This document shows positions 29,163 through 38,644 of a stretch of 64,000 nucleotides of DNA, piece by piece. Where the stretch lies: contig CAIRUC010000111.1 of NCBI GenBank assembly GCA_903881665.1, positions 4,815-68,814 on the forward strand. Direction: 5' to 3'. This DNA comes from an uncultured Bacteroidota bacterium. GTDB lineage: Bacteria > Bacteroidota > Bacteroidia > AKYH767-A > OLB10. Position numbers and translations under genes: made by a program. The notes beneath the pieces are model-generated. The model saw only the letters and a program-made list of their open reading frames with translations, searched no databases and was not told where the DNA came from. The number at the start of each line of letters is the position of its first letter. The first letter of the stretch is position 1.

Positions 29163-32100
29163 ATGTTGAAAAAGTTACTCCTTACCAGCTTAATTATTTT
29201 ATGCATATCGTGTCCATTTCGTGTAAGTGCGCAGGATTGGGTAAATAAAATGAATGATCCAAATGCAAACTTTTATGAAGTGCAGAATGCCTTCAATAAA
29301 TATTTTGCAAAAAAAGATCGTGCGATAGAACGTGCAAAAAAACGCGCATTAAAACGTAAAGGCGAAGACCTTCAAGAAGAAGAATTTGAAGTGCCTGGAT
29401 ATTTTCAATATAAGCGTTGGGAAACTTTTATGTCGCCACGAGTTGGTCCTAATGGAGAGCGTTTTGATCCATCAATACCTTACCGTGAGATGGAACGTTA
29501 TAAACAAAACTATGGCACCTTCAATTCAGGTAACTGGAGTCTGCTCGGCCCTGTTTCGGCTGTGCCATCGGGAGGAAATGCAGGGCGATTAACATTCGTT
29601 CGATTTGATCCAACTAATTCAAATATTATATATGTAGGAGCACCAGCAGGCGGATTGTGGAAATCAACTGATGGTGGAAATACATGGTCCTCGAATACCG
29701 ATCAATTAGCACAAGTAATAGGTTGTACAGATATTGCTATTGACCCTACGAATACAAATGTTATGTATTTAGCCACGGGCGATGGAGATGGAGGAGATAC
29801 CTATTCTGTAGGCGTTTTAAAATCTATTGATGGCGGAGCAACATGGAACACTACAGGATTGTCGTATTATATGGCTAACTATCGCCAGATTAGCAAAATT
29901 TTAATTGATCCTATTAACACGAATACGATTCTTGTAGCTACATCAGCAGGCGTTTATCGCAGTACAGATGCGGCTGTAACATTTACACAAACATTAGCTG
30001 GTTCATTTAAGGATATGGAATTTAAACCGAGCGATCCGAATACGGTTTATGTTTGTGGAACAGAGTTTTATAAGTCGACTAATAACGGACAAGGATTTAT
30101 TAAAATTACATCAGGGTTGCCAGTTGCTGCGAATGTAAGTCGAATGGCAATCGCTGTTTCCCCCGCTGATCCTGCGTATGTTTATATGATCGTAGGATTG
30201 CCTGCGCCAAATTATGGAACAGAAGGGTTTTATAAATCAACAAATAGTGGAACAAGCTTCACCAAGCCAAGTACTCCTGGATTAGGGACGCAACAATGGT
30301 ATGATTTGGCAATTGCCGTTTCACCTACAACTACAAATGAAATTATTCTTGGAGGGCAAACAGATTTTCTTCGTTCAACAAATGGAGGAACATCATGGTC
30401 ACAAAATGGTGGAACAACACACGTAGATTATCATGATGTAGTATTTACTAATTCATCAACTTATTTTATTGTGAGTGATGGTGGTATATTTAAAACTACC
30501 AATAATGGTAGTTCGTGGAGTGATTTAAGCGATGGATTGCAGATTGCAGAAATGTATGGTTTAGGTCAATCAAAAATGAATGAAAATTTAGTCATTCAAG
30601 GATGGCAAGATAATGGAACTAATAAATACACTGGAACAGGTTGGCAAAAAATACTTGGCGGTGATGGAATGCTTTGCTTCATCGACTGGAATAATGATCA
30701 AAACATGTGGGCCGAATATTATAATGGTTCATTTCAGAAATCAACAAATGGTGGAAATAGTTTTTCTACAGCAACAACAGGAATTACAGAAGCTGGTGCA
30801 TGGGTAACACCTTGGATTCAAGATCCGGTTGCGCCAAGTACATTGTACTCCGGATTTGTTAATGTTTGGAAAAGCACGAATGGAGGTAGCTCGTGGACTA
30901 AGATTAGTAATTTCACAAATACCGGTACAGTTACAAATGTAGCAGTATCACCTGCAAACAATCAAGTGATTTGGGCTGCAAAGCCAGGAGGATTATATAA
31001 AAGCTCCAATGGTGGTTCAACATGGACTACTATCACTTCCATGCCAAGTGGAAATATAACGTACATTGCTTGTAGTAATACGGATCCTAATAAAGCATGG
31101 ATTTGTTATTCAGGATTTGCAAATTCAAATAAAGTATTACAAACAAATGATCAAGGAGTATCATGGGTAAATTTATCGGGATCTATTCCAAACATTCCTG
31201 TAAATTGTATCACCTATGTAAATAATTCGAATGATGCATTGTACATTGGAACGGATGTAGGTGTATTTTTTAAAGATGCATCAATGAATGTATGGCAACC
31301 ATTCTTTAATGGATTACCAAATGTAATTGTATCTCAATTATCGATATTCTATCCTACAGGAAAAATTCGCGCTTCAACCTATGGCCGCGGATTATGGGAA
31401 AGTGATTTGTATGTTCCAGGAACTTACGCTCCTACGGCAGCTTTCGGGTCAAATCAAAAAATTTCTTGTCAGGGTGCCGCTATGCAATTTACTGATTACT
31501 CTGCAGGGCAACCAACCTCGTGGAGCTGGAGTTTCCCAGGCGCAGCTCCTTCAATCTCCAATTTACAAAATCCAATCGTATTTTATAACACACCGGGCAC
31601 CTATCCAGTAACGTTAGTATCATCGAATGCAAACGGAACGGATTCGGTAACGTACTCTAACTACATAAATATTGCATCAAGTCCTCAGAATAATCCTGTG
31701 ACAGTAGGCGATCAGCGTTGCGGACCTGGAGTCGTAAACTTGTCAGCTACAGGGTCTGGAGCTGGTTCATTGCGTTGGTGGGATTCACAAGGAGGAGGAA
31801 ATGTTATTGCGAATGGAAGCAATTATTCGCCAAGCATCACTGGAACTACAACGTATTATGTTGATGAAGATTTTCCAGCTGGAGCAGTTGATTACGTTGG
31901 TGAGCCCGGAAATGGAATTGGAGCTGGAGCGTTCTTTACAGCGAATGATATTCGAGGATTATATTTCGACGTTACAAATCCTGTGATTTTAAATTCGGTT
32001 GATGTGTTTGCTAATACTGCAGGAAATCGCACGATCGAAATTTTAGACGCACAAGGAAATACGTATATAGATACTACAGTATTTATTCCGGCTAGCGGAG

Positions 32101-32627
32101 CAAATACTACAACTGTTACATTGAACTTTAAATTATATCCTGGTTCAAACTACTTTATTAAATGTCGTGGTTATGTTGACTTGTACCGCAACTCTGCAGG
32201 AGCAGTATATCCTTATAACAGTACCTCCATTAATTTAACGGGAAGTAATGCAGGATCTCCTGGATACTATTACTTCTTTTACAACTGGCAATACACCGAC
32301 ATTACCTGTAATACAGGAAGAACTCCTGTAACTGCACTCGATACTTGTTCGGTGTCAATTGAAGAGCAAGAGTTGCAAAATTCAATGGAAGTATTTCCTA
32401 ATCCATCTCACGGCCTAGTTCATTTATCGTTCAATGCTGAGAGGGTGAATAACTATATGGTAAATGTTACGAACGCATTAGGCGCTATTGTTTATCGTTC
32501 AGCAGTGAATGTTGTTTCAGGCAAAGTAGATAAAGAAATTGATTTAAGTAAATTATCGAAGGGCGTTTACATGATAAATGTTTCTGACGGTAACACAGTT
32601 GTTTCGAAGAGAATTACCCTCGACTAA
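29163..32627 (+). CDS. Secreted BNR/Asp-box repeat (sortilin/GH74-like) protein with a PKD-like domain, a beta-sandwich region and a T9SS CTD
   Basis: A signal peptide is present. There are about 10 Asp-box motifs (STDGGNTWS, SIDGGATWN, STNGGTSWS, TTNNGSSWS, STNGGSSWT, SSNGGSTWT...). The segment ...FTDYSAGQPTSWSWSFPGA...GTYPVTLV is PKD-like. The C-terminus MEVFPNPSHGLVHLSF...GVYMINVSDGNTVVSKRITLD is a type-A CTD. Confidence 0.88.
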   Translation: MLKKLLLTSLIILCISCPFRVSAQDWVNKMNDPNANFYEVQNAFNKYFAKKDRAIERAKKRALKRKGEDLQEEEFEVPGYFQYKRWETFMSPRVGPNGERFDPSIPYREMERYKQNYGTFNSGNWSLLGPVSAVPSGGNAGRLTFVRFDPTNSNIIYVGAPAGGLWKSTDGGNTWSSNTDQLAQVIGCTDIAIDPTNTNVMYLATGDGDGGDTYSVGVLKSIDGGATWNTTGLSYYMANYRQISKILIDPINTNTILVATSAGVYRSTDAAVTFTQTLAGSFKDMEFKPSDPNTVYVCGTEFYKSTNNGQGFIKITSGLPVAANVSRMAIAVSPADPAYVYMIVGLPAPNYGTEGFYKSTNSGTSFTKPSTPGLGTQQWYDLAIAVSPTTTNEIILGGQTDFLRSTNGGTSWSQNGGTTHVDYHDVVFTNSSTYFIVSDGGIFKTTNNGSSWSDLSDGLQIAEMYGLGQSKMNENLVIQGWQDNGTNKYTGTGWQKILGGDGMLCFIDWNNDQNMWAEYYNGSFQKSTNGGNSFSTATTGITEAGAWVTPWIQDPVAPSTLYSGFVNVWKSTNGGSSWTKISNFTNTGTVTNVAVSPANNQVIWAAKPGGLYKSSNGGSTWTTITSMPSGNITYIACSNTDPNKAWICYSGFANSNKVLQTNDQGVSWVNLSGSIPNIPVNCITYVNNSNDALYIGTDVGVFFKDASMNVWQPFFNGLPNVIVSQLSIFYPTGKIRASTYGRGLWESDLYVPGTYAPTAAFGSNQKISCQGAAMQFTDYSAGQPTSWSWSFPGAAPSISNLQNPIVFYNTPGTYPVTLVSSNANGTDSVTYSNYINIASSPQNNPVTVGDQRCGPGVVNLSATGSGAGSLRWWDSQGGGNVIANGSNYSPSITGTTTYYVDEDFPAGAVDYVGEPGNGIGAGAFFTANDIRGLYFDVTNPVILNSVDVFANTAGNRTIEILDAQGNTYIDTTVFIPASGANTTTVTLNFKLYPGSNYFIKCRGYVDLYRNSAGAVYPYNSTSINLTGSNAGSPGYYYFFYNWQYTDITCNTGRTPVTALDTCSVSIEEQELQNSMEVFPNPSHGLVHLSFNAERVNNYMVNVTNALGAIVYRSAVNVVSGKVDKEIDLSKLSKGVYMINVSDGNTVVSKRITLD

Positions 32628-32642
32628 TAGGTTATTAAAGCA

Positions 32643-32670
32643 GAAAGCCCCTACTAAAATAGGGGCTTTC
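32643..32670 (+). terminator. Hairpin terminator after the BNR-repeat gene
   Basis: The 10-bp stem is gaaagcccct/aggggctttc with an 8-nt loop. The downstream T tract is weak. Confidence 0.55.
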
Positions 32671-32690
32671 TACTTTAAAATAATATTTTG

Positions 32691-32698
32691 TAAATTTG
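32691..32698 (+). promoter_or_regulatory. -7 box TAAATTTG abutting the start of the small ORF
   Basis: Exact TAnnTTTG match ending 3 nt before the ATG at 32702. Confidence 0.35.
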
Positions 32699-32701
32699 AC
32701 C

Positions 32702-32899
32702 ATGCCAAAGTTGGATAGAACGCAATTTAAAGTTCAAACATTTGAACAAGCCGATAATAAAAGAGCGTATTGGCTTTCAAAAACGCCTAATGAAAGATGG
32801 GCAGCAGCTTGGTATTTGATTTGTTGTGCGTGGAATATTGATATTAATAATCCGCCGAAATTGGACCGAACAGTATTTAGCATGCGAAAACATGGCTAA
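32702..32899 (+). CDS. Small hypothetical protein (65 aa), putative antitoxin-like partner
   Basis: The product is MPKLDRTQFKVQTFEQADNKRAYWLSKTPNERWAAAWYL...PPKLDRTVFSMRKHG, with a KLDRT motif at both ends. Its stop overlaps the next gene's ATG (ATGGCTAA). Confidence 0.5.
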   Translation: MPKLDRTQFKVQTFEQADNKRAYWLSKTPNERWAAAWYLICCAWNIDINNPPKLDRTVFSMRKHG

Positions 32900-33356
32900 T
32901 ATATTAAATGACGATTTTGTTGATTTTTTAGAAGCATTTAATAAATTTGATGTTGAATATATTTTAGTTGGTGGGTATGCAGTTATATTTCATGGATACA
33001 ACCGTACTACGGGTGACTTAGATGTCTGGGTGAAAAAGACACCTGAAAATTTTCAGAAAATAAAAATGGCATTTTTCGAGTTTGGAATGAGTTTGTTTAA
33101 TTTGGATGAGAAGCTCTTCTTAAATACAAATATAAACGATGTTTTTACCTTTGGTCGACCGCCTGTTTGTATTGATGTATTGACTAGTGTCAAAGGATTA
33201 GAATTTAATGAAGCATTTACAAACTCAAAAGTTGTAGAGTTTGACAAAGTATTAGTTAGAATGATCGATTTTCTAGATTTGATGTCAGCAAAAAGAGCCG
33301 CTAATAGGAATAAGGACCAAGATGATATAGAACATCTTGAGAACCAACAAGAATAA
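32892..33356 (+). CDS. Small nucleotidyltransferase-fold protein (154 aa)
   Basis: ILVGGYAVIFHGYNRTTGDLDVWV fits the GG...G..R.T.D.D NTase motif seen in AbiEii/DUF-type NTases. The start is taken at MANILNDDF (ATG 32892) rather than the track start at 32826. Confidence 0.6.
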   Translation: MANILNDDFVDFLEAFNKFDVEYILVGGYAVIFHGYNRTTGDLDVWVKKTPENFQKIKMAFFEFGMSLFNLDEKLFLNTNINDVFTFGRPPVCIDVLTSVKGLEFNEAFTNSKVVEFDKVLVRMIDFLDLMSAKRAANRNKDQDDIEHLENQQE

Positions 33357-33371
33357 AGCAAAACATTTTGT

Positions 33372-34694
33372 TTACTCCTTATTTGATAACACCATTTTGT
33401 ACGTACTTAAGCAACGCTCTCTGGCAATTTTATGATCTACTAACGGTTGCGGATAGCTGAAATCTTCAAATTCGGGCACCCATTTACGAATGTATTTAAA
33501 ATCAGGGTCGAATTTGCGCGTTTGCTCATAAGGGTTAAAAATTCTGAAATATGGAGCCGAATCACAACCTGATCCTGCAGCCCATTGCCATCCTCCGTTA
33601 TTAGAAGCGAGTTCGAAATCGAGTAGTTTTTCGGCGAAGTAAGCTTCTCCCCATCTCCAATCGATAAGTAAGTGTTTAGTTAGGAAACTAGCAACAATCA
33701 TACGTACTCGATTATGCATATATCCAGTAGCGTTTAATTCGCGCATACCAGCATCAACAATAGGGTAGCCTGTATTTCCTTCGCGCCAACATTTAAATTC
33801 TTCTTCGTTATTTCGCCATTTAATAGTATCGTAGATAGGTTTAAAAGATCCATTTGCAACATGTGGAAAATGCCAGATGATCATCATATAAAATTCTCTC
33901 CAACACAATTCATTTAACCAACTAAAGCTGATGGGTTGAGCATAAGCTGCTAGTTTTCGAATAGAAACGGTTCCGAATCGTAGATGTAATCCTAATTTCG
34001 AGGTGCCGTCGATAGACGGAATATCACGTGTGTTGGAATAGTTTTTCAGTATTACATCGCTAACAATTGTTCCTGGGAAATTGCTATACGAATCAGAGAA
34101 GCCCATCTTTTTTAAGCTGATGTGTTCTTTATGTTTTTCTGAAGCGATAAAGAAGTTAGAAAAGTATTTCTCGGTTGGATATGATTTTAAATAAAAGGCA
34201 TTGAGCTTTGCCATCCATTTTCGCGAATAAGGAGTGTATACCGTATAAGGCTTCCCATCATCCTTCAATACTTCATTTTTCTCAAATACAACTTGATCTT
34301 TAAATGTTTTAAATGTAACACCTTGAGTAATTAAGAAGTTCTCAATAGCTAAATCACGTTGTTTTGCATAAGGCTCGTAATCGTGATTTGCAAAAACCGT
34401 ATCGACGTTAAATTCAGCAATGATTTCCTTCCAACATTCGGAAGGTGTTCCATGTTTAATTAGCAAAGTGCTTCCTAAAATTTCTAGCTTTTTTTTAAGA
34501 TCGCTTAATGTTTGAAAAAGGAAGTTCACTCTTTTGTCACTTTTATCTTCAAGCTTGTCGAGAATGTTTTTGTCGAATATAAAAACGGGTAAAATAGGAT
34601 GTTTACTTTTTAACGCGTGAAATAAGGCCGCATTATCATCGATACGTAAATCGCGACGAAACCAATGAATATTAACTTTTGCTTTGTTTGCCAT
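33372..34694 (-). CDS. phrB: Deoxyribodipyrimidine photolyase / cryptochrome family protein
   Basis: The N-terminus is HWFRRDLRIDDNAAL. The FAD-binding region has TGYPIVDAGMRELNATGYMHNRVRMIVASFL and GGWQWAAGSG. Confidence 0.92.
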   Translation of the reverse strand: MANKAKVNIHWFRRDLRIDDNAALFHALKSKHPILPVFIFDKNILDKLEDKSDKRVNFLFQTLSDLKKKLEILGSTLLIKHGTPSECWKEIIAEFNVDTVFANHDYEPYAKQRDLAIENFLITQGVTFKTFKDQVVFEKNEVLKDDGKPYTVYTPYSRKWMAKLNAFYLKSYPTEKYFSNFFIASEKHKEHISLKKMGFSDSYSNFPGTIVSDVILKNYSNTRDIPSIDGTSKLGLHLRFGTVSIRKLAAYAQPISFSWLNELCWREFYMMIIWHFPHVANGSFKPIYDTIKWRNNEEEFKCWREGNTGYPIVDAGMRELNATGYMHNRVRMIVASFLTKHLLIDWRWGEAYFAEKLLDFELASNNGGWQWAAGSGCDSAPYFRIFNPYEQTRKFDPDFKYIRKWVPEFEDFSYPQPLVDHKIARERCLSTYKMVLSNKE

Positions 34695-35583
34695 AAATAT
34701 TTTTCAATGCTGATTTTAAGTCAGGGAATTTAAAGTTAAATTCAGTAGTGGATATTTTATTTGAAGAAACATTTGTGCTATCCAAAACAATAGCACTTTT
34801 TTCTTTCAAGAGCAGACGCAATATAAAGGCAGGCACAATCATAGGAATGCTCCTAGGTGCAATGATGTTCTTTAGTGTGCTAATGAAAGTAGCATGAGTA
34901 ACGGGCTCTGGAGCAACGGCATTATATACTCCTGAAGTAATATTATTTTCAATGGAATGAATAATCATGTTGCAAATATCATCAATGTGTATCCAGCTTA
35001 CGAATTGTTTCCCGTTGCCTAACGTTGGTGCAGTACCGAATTTCATTGGGAAGCCTATTTCAGGAAGTGCACCACCCGATTTTGCTAAAACCACACCGAT
35101 ACGAAAAGTTATTACATCAATGGGGAAGTTGTAGTAGGCTTCTTCCCATTTTTTGGTAGTATAGGAAAGGAATCCAGTTCCTTCGCCATCCTTTTCAGTA
35201 AACAATTGGTCACCGCCATCGCCATAAAAGCCAATTGCAGATGCGGCAATTACTTTAGTGATATAATGATTTTCAGAGGAGAGAGTGGATCGAAGCGTTT
35301 TAGCTACTGCTAAGCGACTGTCAATAATTTTATTTTTGAAAGCATTAGTCCATGACTGTGCAGCAATATTTTCTCCCGATAAAATTATTAATGTTTGATA
35401 TTTCAACCAAGAATTGTCGCTTGTGCTATTTGAATTTGGGTTCCATACAAATCTCTTTACTGGGGAATCACCTGGATTTCTACTAAGCCAAGCTACTGTA
35501 TAATCTTTTTCCATAAGCATTTGTGTTAATCGATTACCGATTAAACCACTGCCTCCGGCTATTACCACTGATTTGTTCATCAC
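34672..35583 (-). CDS. TIGR01777-family NAD-dependent epimerase-like protein (DUF1731 C-terminus)
   Basis: The Rossmann motif VVIAGGSGLIG is present, the length is about 300 aa, and the 3' end overlaps the photolyase start by 23 nt. Confidence 0.82.
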   Translation of the reverse strand: MMNKSVVIAGGSGLIGNRLTQMLMEKDYTVAWLSRNPGDSPVKRFVWNPNSNSTSDNSWLKYQTLIILSGENIAAQSWTNAFKNKIIDSRLAVAKTLRSTLSSENHYITKVIAASAIGFYGDGGDQLFTEKDGEGTGFLSYTTKKWEEAYYNFPIDVITFRIGVVLAKSGGALPEIGFPMKFGTAPTLGNGKQFVSWIHIDDICNMIIHSIENNITSGVYNAVAPEPVTHATFISTLKNIIAPRSIPMIVPAFILRLLLKEKSAIVLDSTNVSSNKISTTEFNFKFPDLKSALKNIYGKQSKS

Positions 35584-35614
35584 AAAAAAGTAAACAAATG
35601 ATTAAGGGAAAAGT

Positions 35615-36601
35615 TTACTCAACAATATAGTTTGGATCGAATCCTGAATCACCAGGATCGAAGTTTAAAATAGGAGCTGCGGTGGGTCGTTCGCCAAAGC
35701 GCACTTGAATACTAAATTTCAAATAGAAGGATGATGCCTGATGATAATCTACATCGTTGAGAAATATTTTACCTTTCCCTGTAACACCAGCTTCTCCAGT
35801 AAGTACTACAAATCGATCGGTGTAATAACGGGCGATAAGAGATATTTTTTGATAATTATAACGATAAGCAAGCGGTTGAAAGTCGTGAGCGCTATCTGCT
35901 TTTAAGTAATTGTAACCTCCGAAATTATGTAGCTTGCCGCTTAAGTTAAATTGGCGACTAAAAGTATGCGTATACATAAAGTTGAAAGGGAAGGTCGTTT
36001 GCACTTGATTTTCGTTGGATAATTTAAATCCTATTCCCGCCACAGGAAGAGGAAGATCTCGTCCTTGTATTGGCAAGTAGGCAACACCAAGTGTATGCCA
36101 CCAACGATTGTTATGATAAAGATGACGCCAAATTAACGATGCATTAAAACGAAAATAACTAGCATTAAAATGGAATGACTCTGTCGGTAAAGCAATACCT
36201 ATTTGACCTAGATATAAATTGCGAAGACCTTTCGCCATTAATCCAGTGATACTCGCTTTGCCTACCGTAAGTAATCTGTCGGGATCTAGAAAGCTAATCT
36301 GAGACATTCTTGCCGTAGCACCTAGGTGGCTAATCACAGCGAAAAAAGGTTTTCCTCCATTTGCATCGAGCCAATCTTTCTTTTTCCAAAGGGGTATTCG
36401 TATGTTGAAATTTGCACCTGTAAAACCATTCAATAAAGTTGTGTCAATAATTTGAGTTGCTGGAAGATATTCAACATCGGCTTGCCACATAGGAGATAAA
36501 AAAGGGTGTGGGCGATAGCCGCTTTGAGCGAAAGCAGGTAACCGGATGATAAATAATCCTAGAAGGATCAATAGGGAATAATAGCTATGAGATTTAAACA
36601 T
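35615..36601 (-). CDS. Secreted beta-strand-rich hypothetical protein (possible outer-membrane protein)
   Basis: The start is taken at MFKSHSYYSLLILLGLFIIRLPAFAQ, a signal peptide. Alternating aromatic/hydrophobic patterns run throughout. It is the first gene of the photolyase-containing minus-strand cluster. Confidence 0.55.
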   Translation of the reverse strand: MFKSHSYYSLLILLGLFIIRLPAFAQSGYRPHPFLSPMWQADVEYLPATQIIDTTLLNGFTGANFNIRIPLWKKKDWLDANGGKPFFAVISHLGATARMSQISFLDPDRLLTVGKASITGLMAKGLRNLYLGQIGIALPTESFHFNASYFRFNASLIWRHLYHNNRWWHTLGVAYLPIQGRDLPLPVAGIGFKLSNENQVQTTFPFNFMYTHTFSRQFNLSGKLHNFGGYNYLKADSAHDFQPLAYRYNYQKISLIARYYTDRFVVLTGEAGVTGKGKIFLNDVDYHQASSFYLKFSIQVRFGERPTAAPILNFDPGDSGFDPNYIVE

Positions 36602-36608
36602 ATTTTTG
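36601..36608 (+). promoter_or_regulatory. -7 box TATTTTTG for the plus-strand unit (112-aa ORF + CarH-like gene)
   Basis: Exact TAnnTTTG match, 14 nt before the ATG at 36622. It overlaps the start codon of the divergent minus-strand gene. Confidence 0.35.
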
Positions 36609-36621
36609 TAATGTAAAGCTA

Positions 36622-36960
36622 ATGGACGATACACAACTCGATAAATATAGAAATGATCTTGCATTTTTGCGAGCTGCGGCAGCGCAGACGATAAAAGACT
36701 GTGAGCGCATGGGATTTAAATTAAATATTGAACCCGACAAAATTACTGGAATACTTCATTTGCAGCTGCAATTAGAGCCCTTTTTAAAACAATGGTGTAA
36801 GGAAGCGGGGTCGAGGTTGGCTGCATTACTTTATCAAATGGATATACCAGAGCATCTTATTCCCGAGCGAGGGGCTTGCTCAGATATTCCCTATTTATCA
36901 GCATTAATAATCAAGAGAGAATTGATAAAAGTAGTTATGCGAAAACTATATACTCCATAA
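36622..36960 (+). CDS. Hypothetical helical protein (112 aa)
   Basis: The ORF has a plausible amino-acid composition and lies directly upstream of, and co-oriented with, the MerR/B12 regulator. I recognise no motif in it. Confidence 0.45.
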   Translation: MDDTQLDKYRNDLAFLRAAAAQTIKDCERMGFKLNIEPDKITGILHLQLQLEPFLKQWCKEAGSRLAALLYQMDIPEHLIPERGACSDIPYLSALIIKRELIKVVMRKLYTP

Positions 36961-37029
36961 CTTGTTATTAGAGGAGCATAAGTCCTATTTTGCGTCTGGC
37001 ATGGCCAACTTAGGAATAAAAAATAAGAG

Positions 37030-37920
37030 ATGAACCACTTCTCAATTAAAGACGTAGAAGCACTTACTGGAATTAAGTCACATACCTTAAGAATTTGGGA
37101 GCTGCGCTATGGGATTCCGAATCCTAAGCGTACAGCTACAAATATTCGATATTATGATGATGAAGATATAAAGTTATTATTGAGTGTTTCGATGTTGAAT
37201 AGGCAAGGACATAAAATCTCGAAAATTACCAAGCTTACAAAAGAAGAATTATCAAATTTAGTAATTGAGTTAACGCTTAACACGGAGGATACTTTCATTC
37301 AGGTTGAATCGTTAACGGCAGCAATGTTTAATCTCGACGAAGCAGCTTACGAAAAAATTCTTTCAGCGAATATTATTCAATTTGGTTTAGAAAAAACGTA
37401 TCTTAATGTAGTGTTTCCCTTTTTGGGGCGCGTAGGGATGTTATGGCAAACAGGAAGTGTTAATCCTGCATACGAACATTTTATTACAAATTTAATTCGA
37501 CAAAAATTATTTGTAGCGATTGACACACAGCCAAAAATAAATCACCAATTTTCTAAAAAATTCGTTTTGTTTTTGCCCTCTCATGAGCCACATGAAATCG
37601 GATTATTGTTTGCAAATTATCTCATCCGATCACGCGGACATCATACAAGTTATTTAGGGCCTAATTTGCCAATGGATGATTTATCGCCTGTGATGCAAAT
37701 TTATAAGGCAGATTATATGTTAACTGTTTTAACAACACCAATTGCGTCGCAAACTCCGTTGCATGTATCGCGAAAATTATCAGTTGATTTTCCGAATGCA
37801 AATATTTTGATCGCAGGTAGTCAGGTTATAAACGCAAACATTCAATTGCCTCGTAATGTTAAGATGCTGTATTCGATGCACGATTTAATACATCTCATCG
37901 AAAATGTCAGTAAAAATTAA
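37030..37920 (+). CDS. MerR-family transcription regulator with a cobalamin-binding domain (CarH/LitR-type photoreceptor candidate)
   Basis: The N-terminal MerR HTH is FSIKDVEALTGIKSHTLRIWELRYG. The Wx9EH motif is W139-QTGSVNPAY-E149-H150 (nt 37444-37479). The ExHxxG motif is E186-P-H188-E-I-G (nt 37585-37602), followed by SYLG and a later AG. Confidence 0.8.
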   Translation: MNHFSIKDVEALTGIKSHTLRIWELRYGIPNPKRTATNIRYYDDEDIKLLLSVSMLNRQGHKISKITKLTKEELSNLVIELTLNTEDTFIQVESLTAAMFNLDEAAYEKILSANIIQFGLEKTYLNVVFPFLGRVGMLWQTGSVNPAYEHFITNLIRQKLFVAIDTQPKINHQFSKKFVLFLPSHEPHEIGLLFANYLIRSRGHHTSYLGPNLPMDDLSPVMQIYKADYMLTVLTTPIASQTPLHVSRKLSVDFPNANILIAGSQVINANIQLPRNVKMLYSMHDLIHLIENVSKN

Positions 37921-37954
37921 GAAGATAACAAAGGCTGTTAATCAACACTCTTTT

Positions 37955-38644
37955 TTATTTACCTAGGTACGATAGAAATTCTTTTCTGATTTCCATATTC
38001 AAAAACTTTCCTGAATACTCTGCGGTGATGGTGCTACTATTTATGTCGCGTATGCCACGAGAAGCAACACACATATGATTTGCATCAATAATTACAGCTA
38101 CATCTTTTGTATTCAAGGCTTTCTTTAAAGCTTCTGAAATTTGAATCGTTAAACGTTCTTGTACTTGCGGCCTGCGACTGTAATAGTCAATTATTCTGTT
38201 CAATTTTGAAAGTCCAATTACCGAACCGGATGAAAAATACGCTACATGCGCCTTGCCGTAGATCGGAACAAGATGATGCTCGCAAGTAGAAAATAAAGTA
38301 ATGTCTTTTTCTACGAGCATTTGATTATAATTGTAGTTGTTTTCGAATTTAGAAATAGTCGGTTCGTTAGCAGGAAGTAGTCCGCTGAACGTTTCATTTA
38401 CAAACATCTTTGCTACTCGTATCGGGGTGTCTCTAATACTTTCATCGGTAAGGTCCATGCCTAGCGCATGAAGAATCCCACGCATATGATTCGCAATGAT
38501 TTCAATTTTTTCGTCGGTACTTAACGCGAAAGCGGCTGAATGAAGCGGCGTCTGTATATTTCCTTGATAGGCATGTAGTATATCATCGAGAAGACTATCG
38601 TTGTTGTTTTTTAATGAGAATCCGTTTTTCTTCATCATAGCCAA
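37955..38644 (-). CDS. folE: GTP cyclohydrolase I
   Basis: The zinc site FSTCEHHLVPI is present, together with RPQVQERLT and MCVASRG. Confidence 0.95.
   Translation of the reverse strand: MAMMKKNGFSLKNNNDSLLDDILHAYQGNIQTPLHSAAFALSTDEKIEIIANHMRGILHALGMDLTDESIRDTPIRVAKMFVNETFSGLLPANEPTISKFENNYNYNQMLVEKDITLFSTCEHHLVPIYGKAHVAYFSSGSVIGLSKLNRIIDYYSRRPQVQERLTIQISEALKKALNTKDVAVIIDANHMCVASRGIRDINSSTITAEYSGKFLNMEIRKEFLSYLGK

Noticed and set aside
32826-32891. Track start (32826) for the NTase-fold ORF, giving a 176-aa product that overlaps the small ORF by 74 nt
   Set aside because: The extra N-terminal 22 residues (MRGILILIIRRNWTEQYLACEN) lie in the alternative frame of the upstream ORF. The ATG at 32892 gives the classic 8-nt coupled overlap.
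36602-36664. Longer start (36664) for the beta-rich minus-strand gene, overlapping the 112-aa plus-strand ORF
   Set aside because: M22 begins a canonical signal peptide (MFKSHSYYSLLILLGLFIIRLPAFAQ), and the upstream 21 residues look non-native. This remains unverified.
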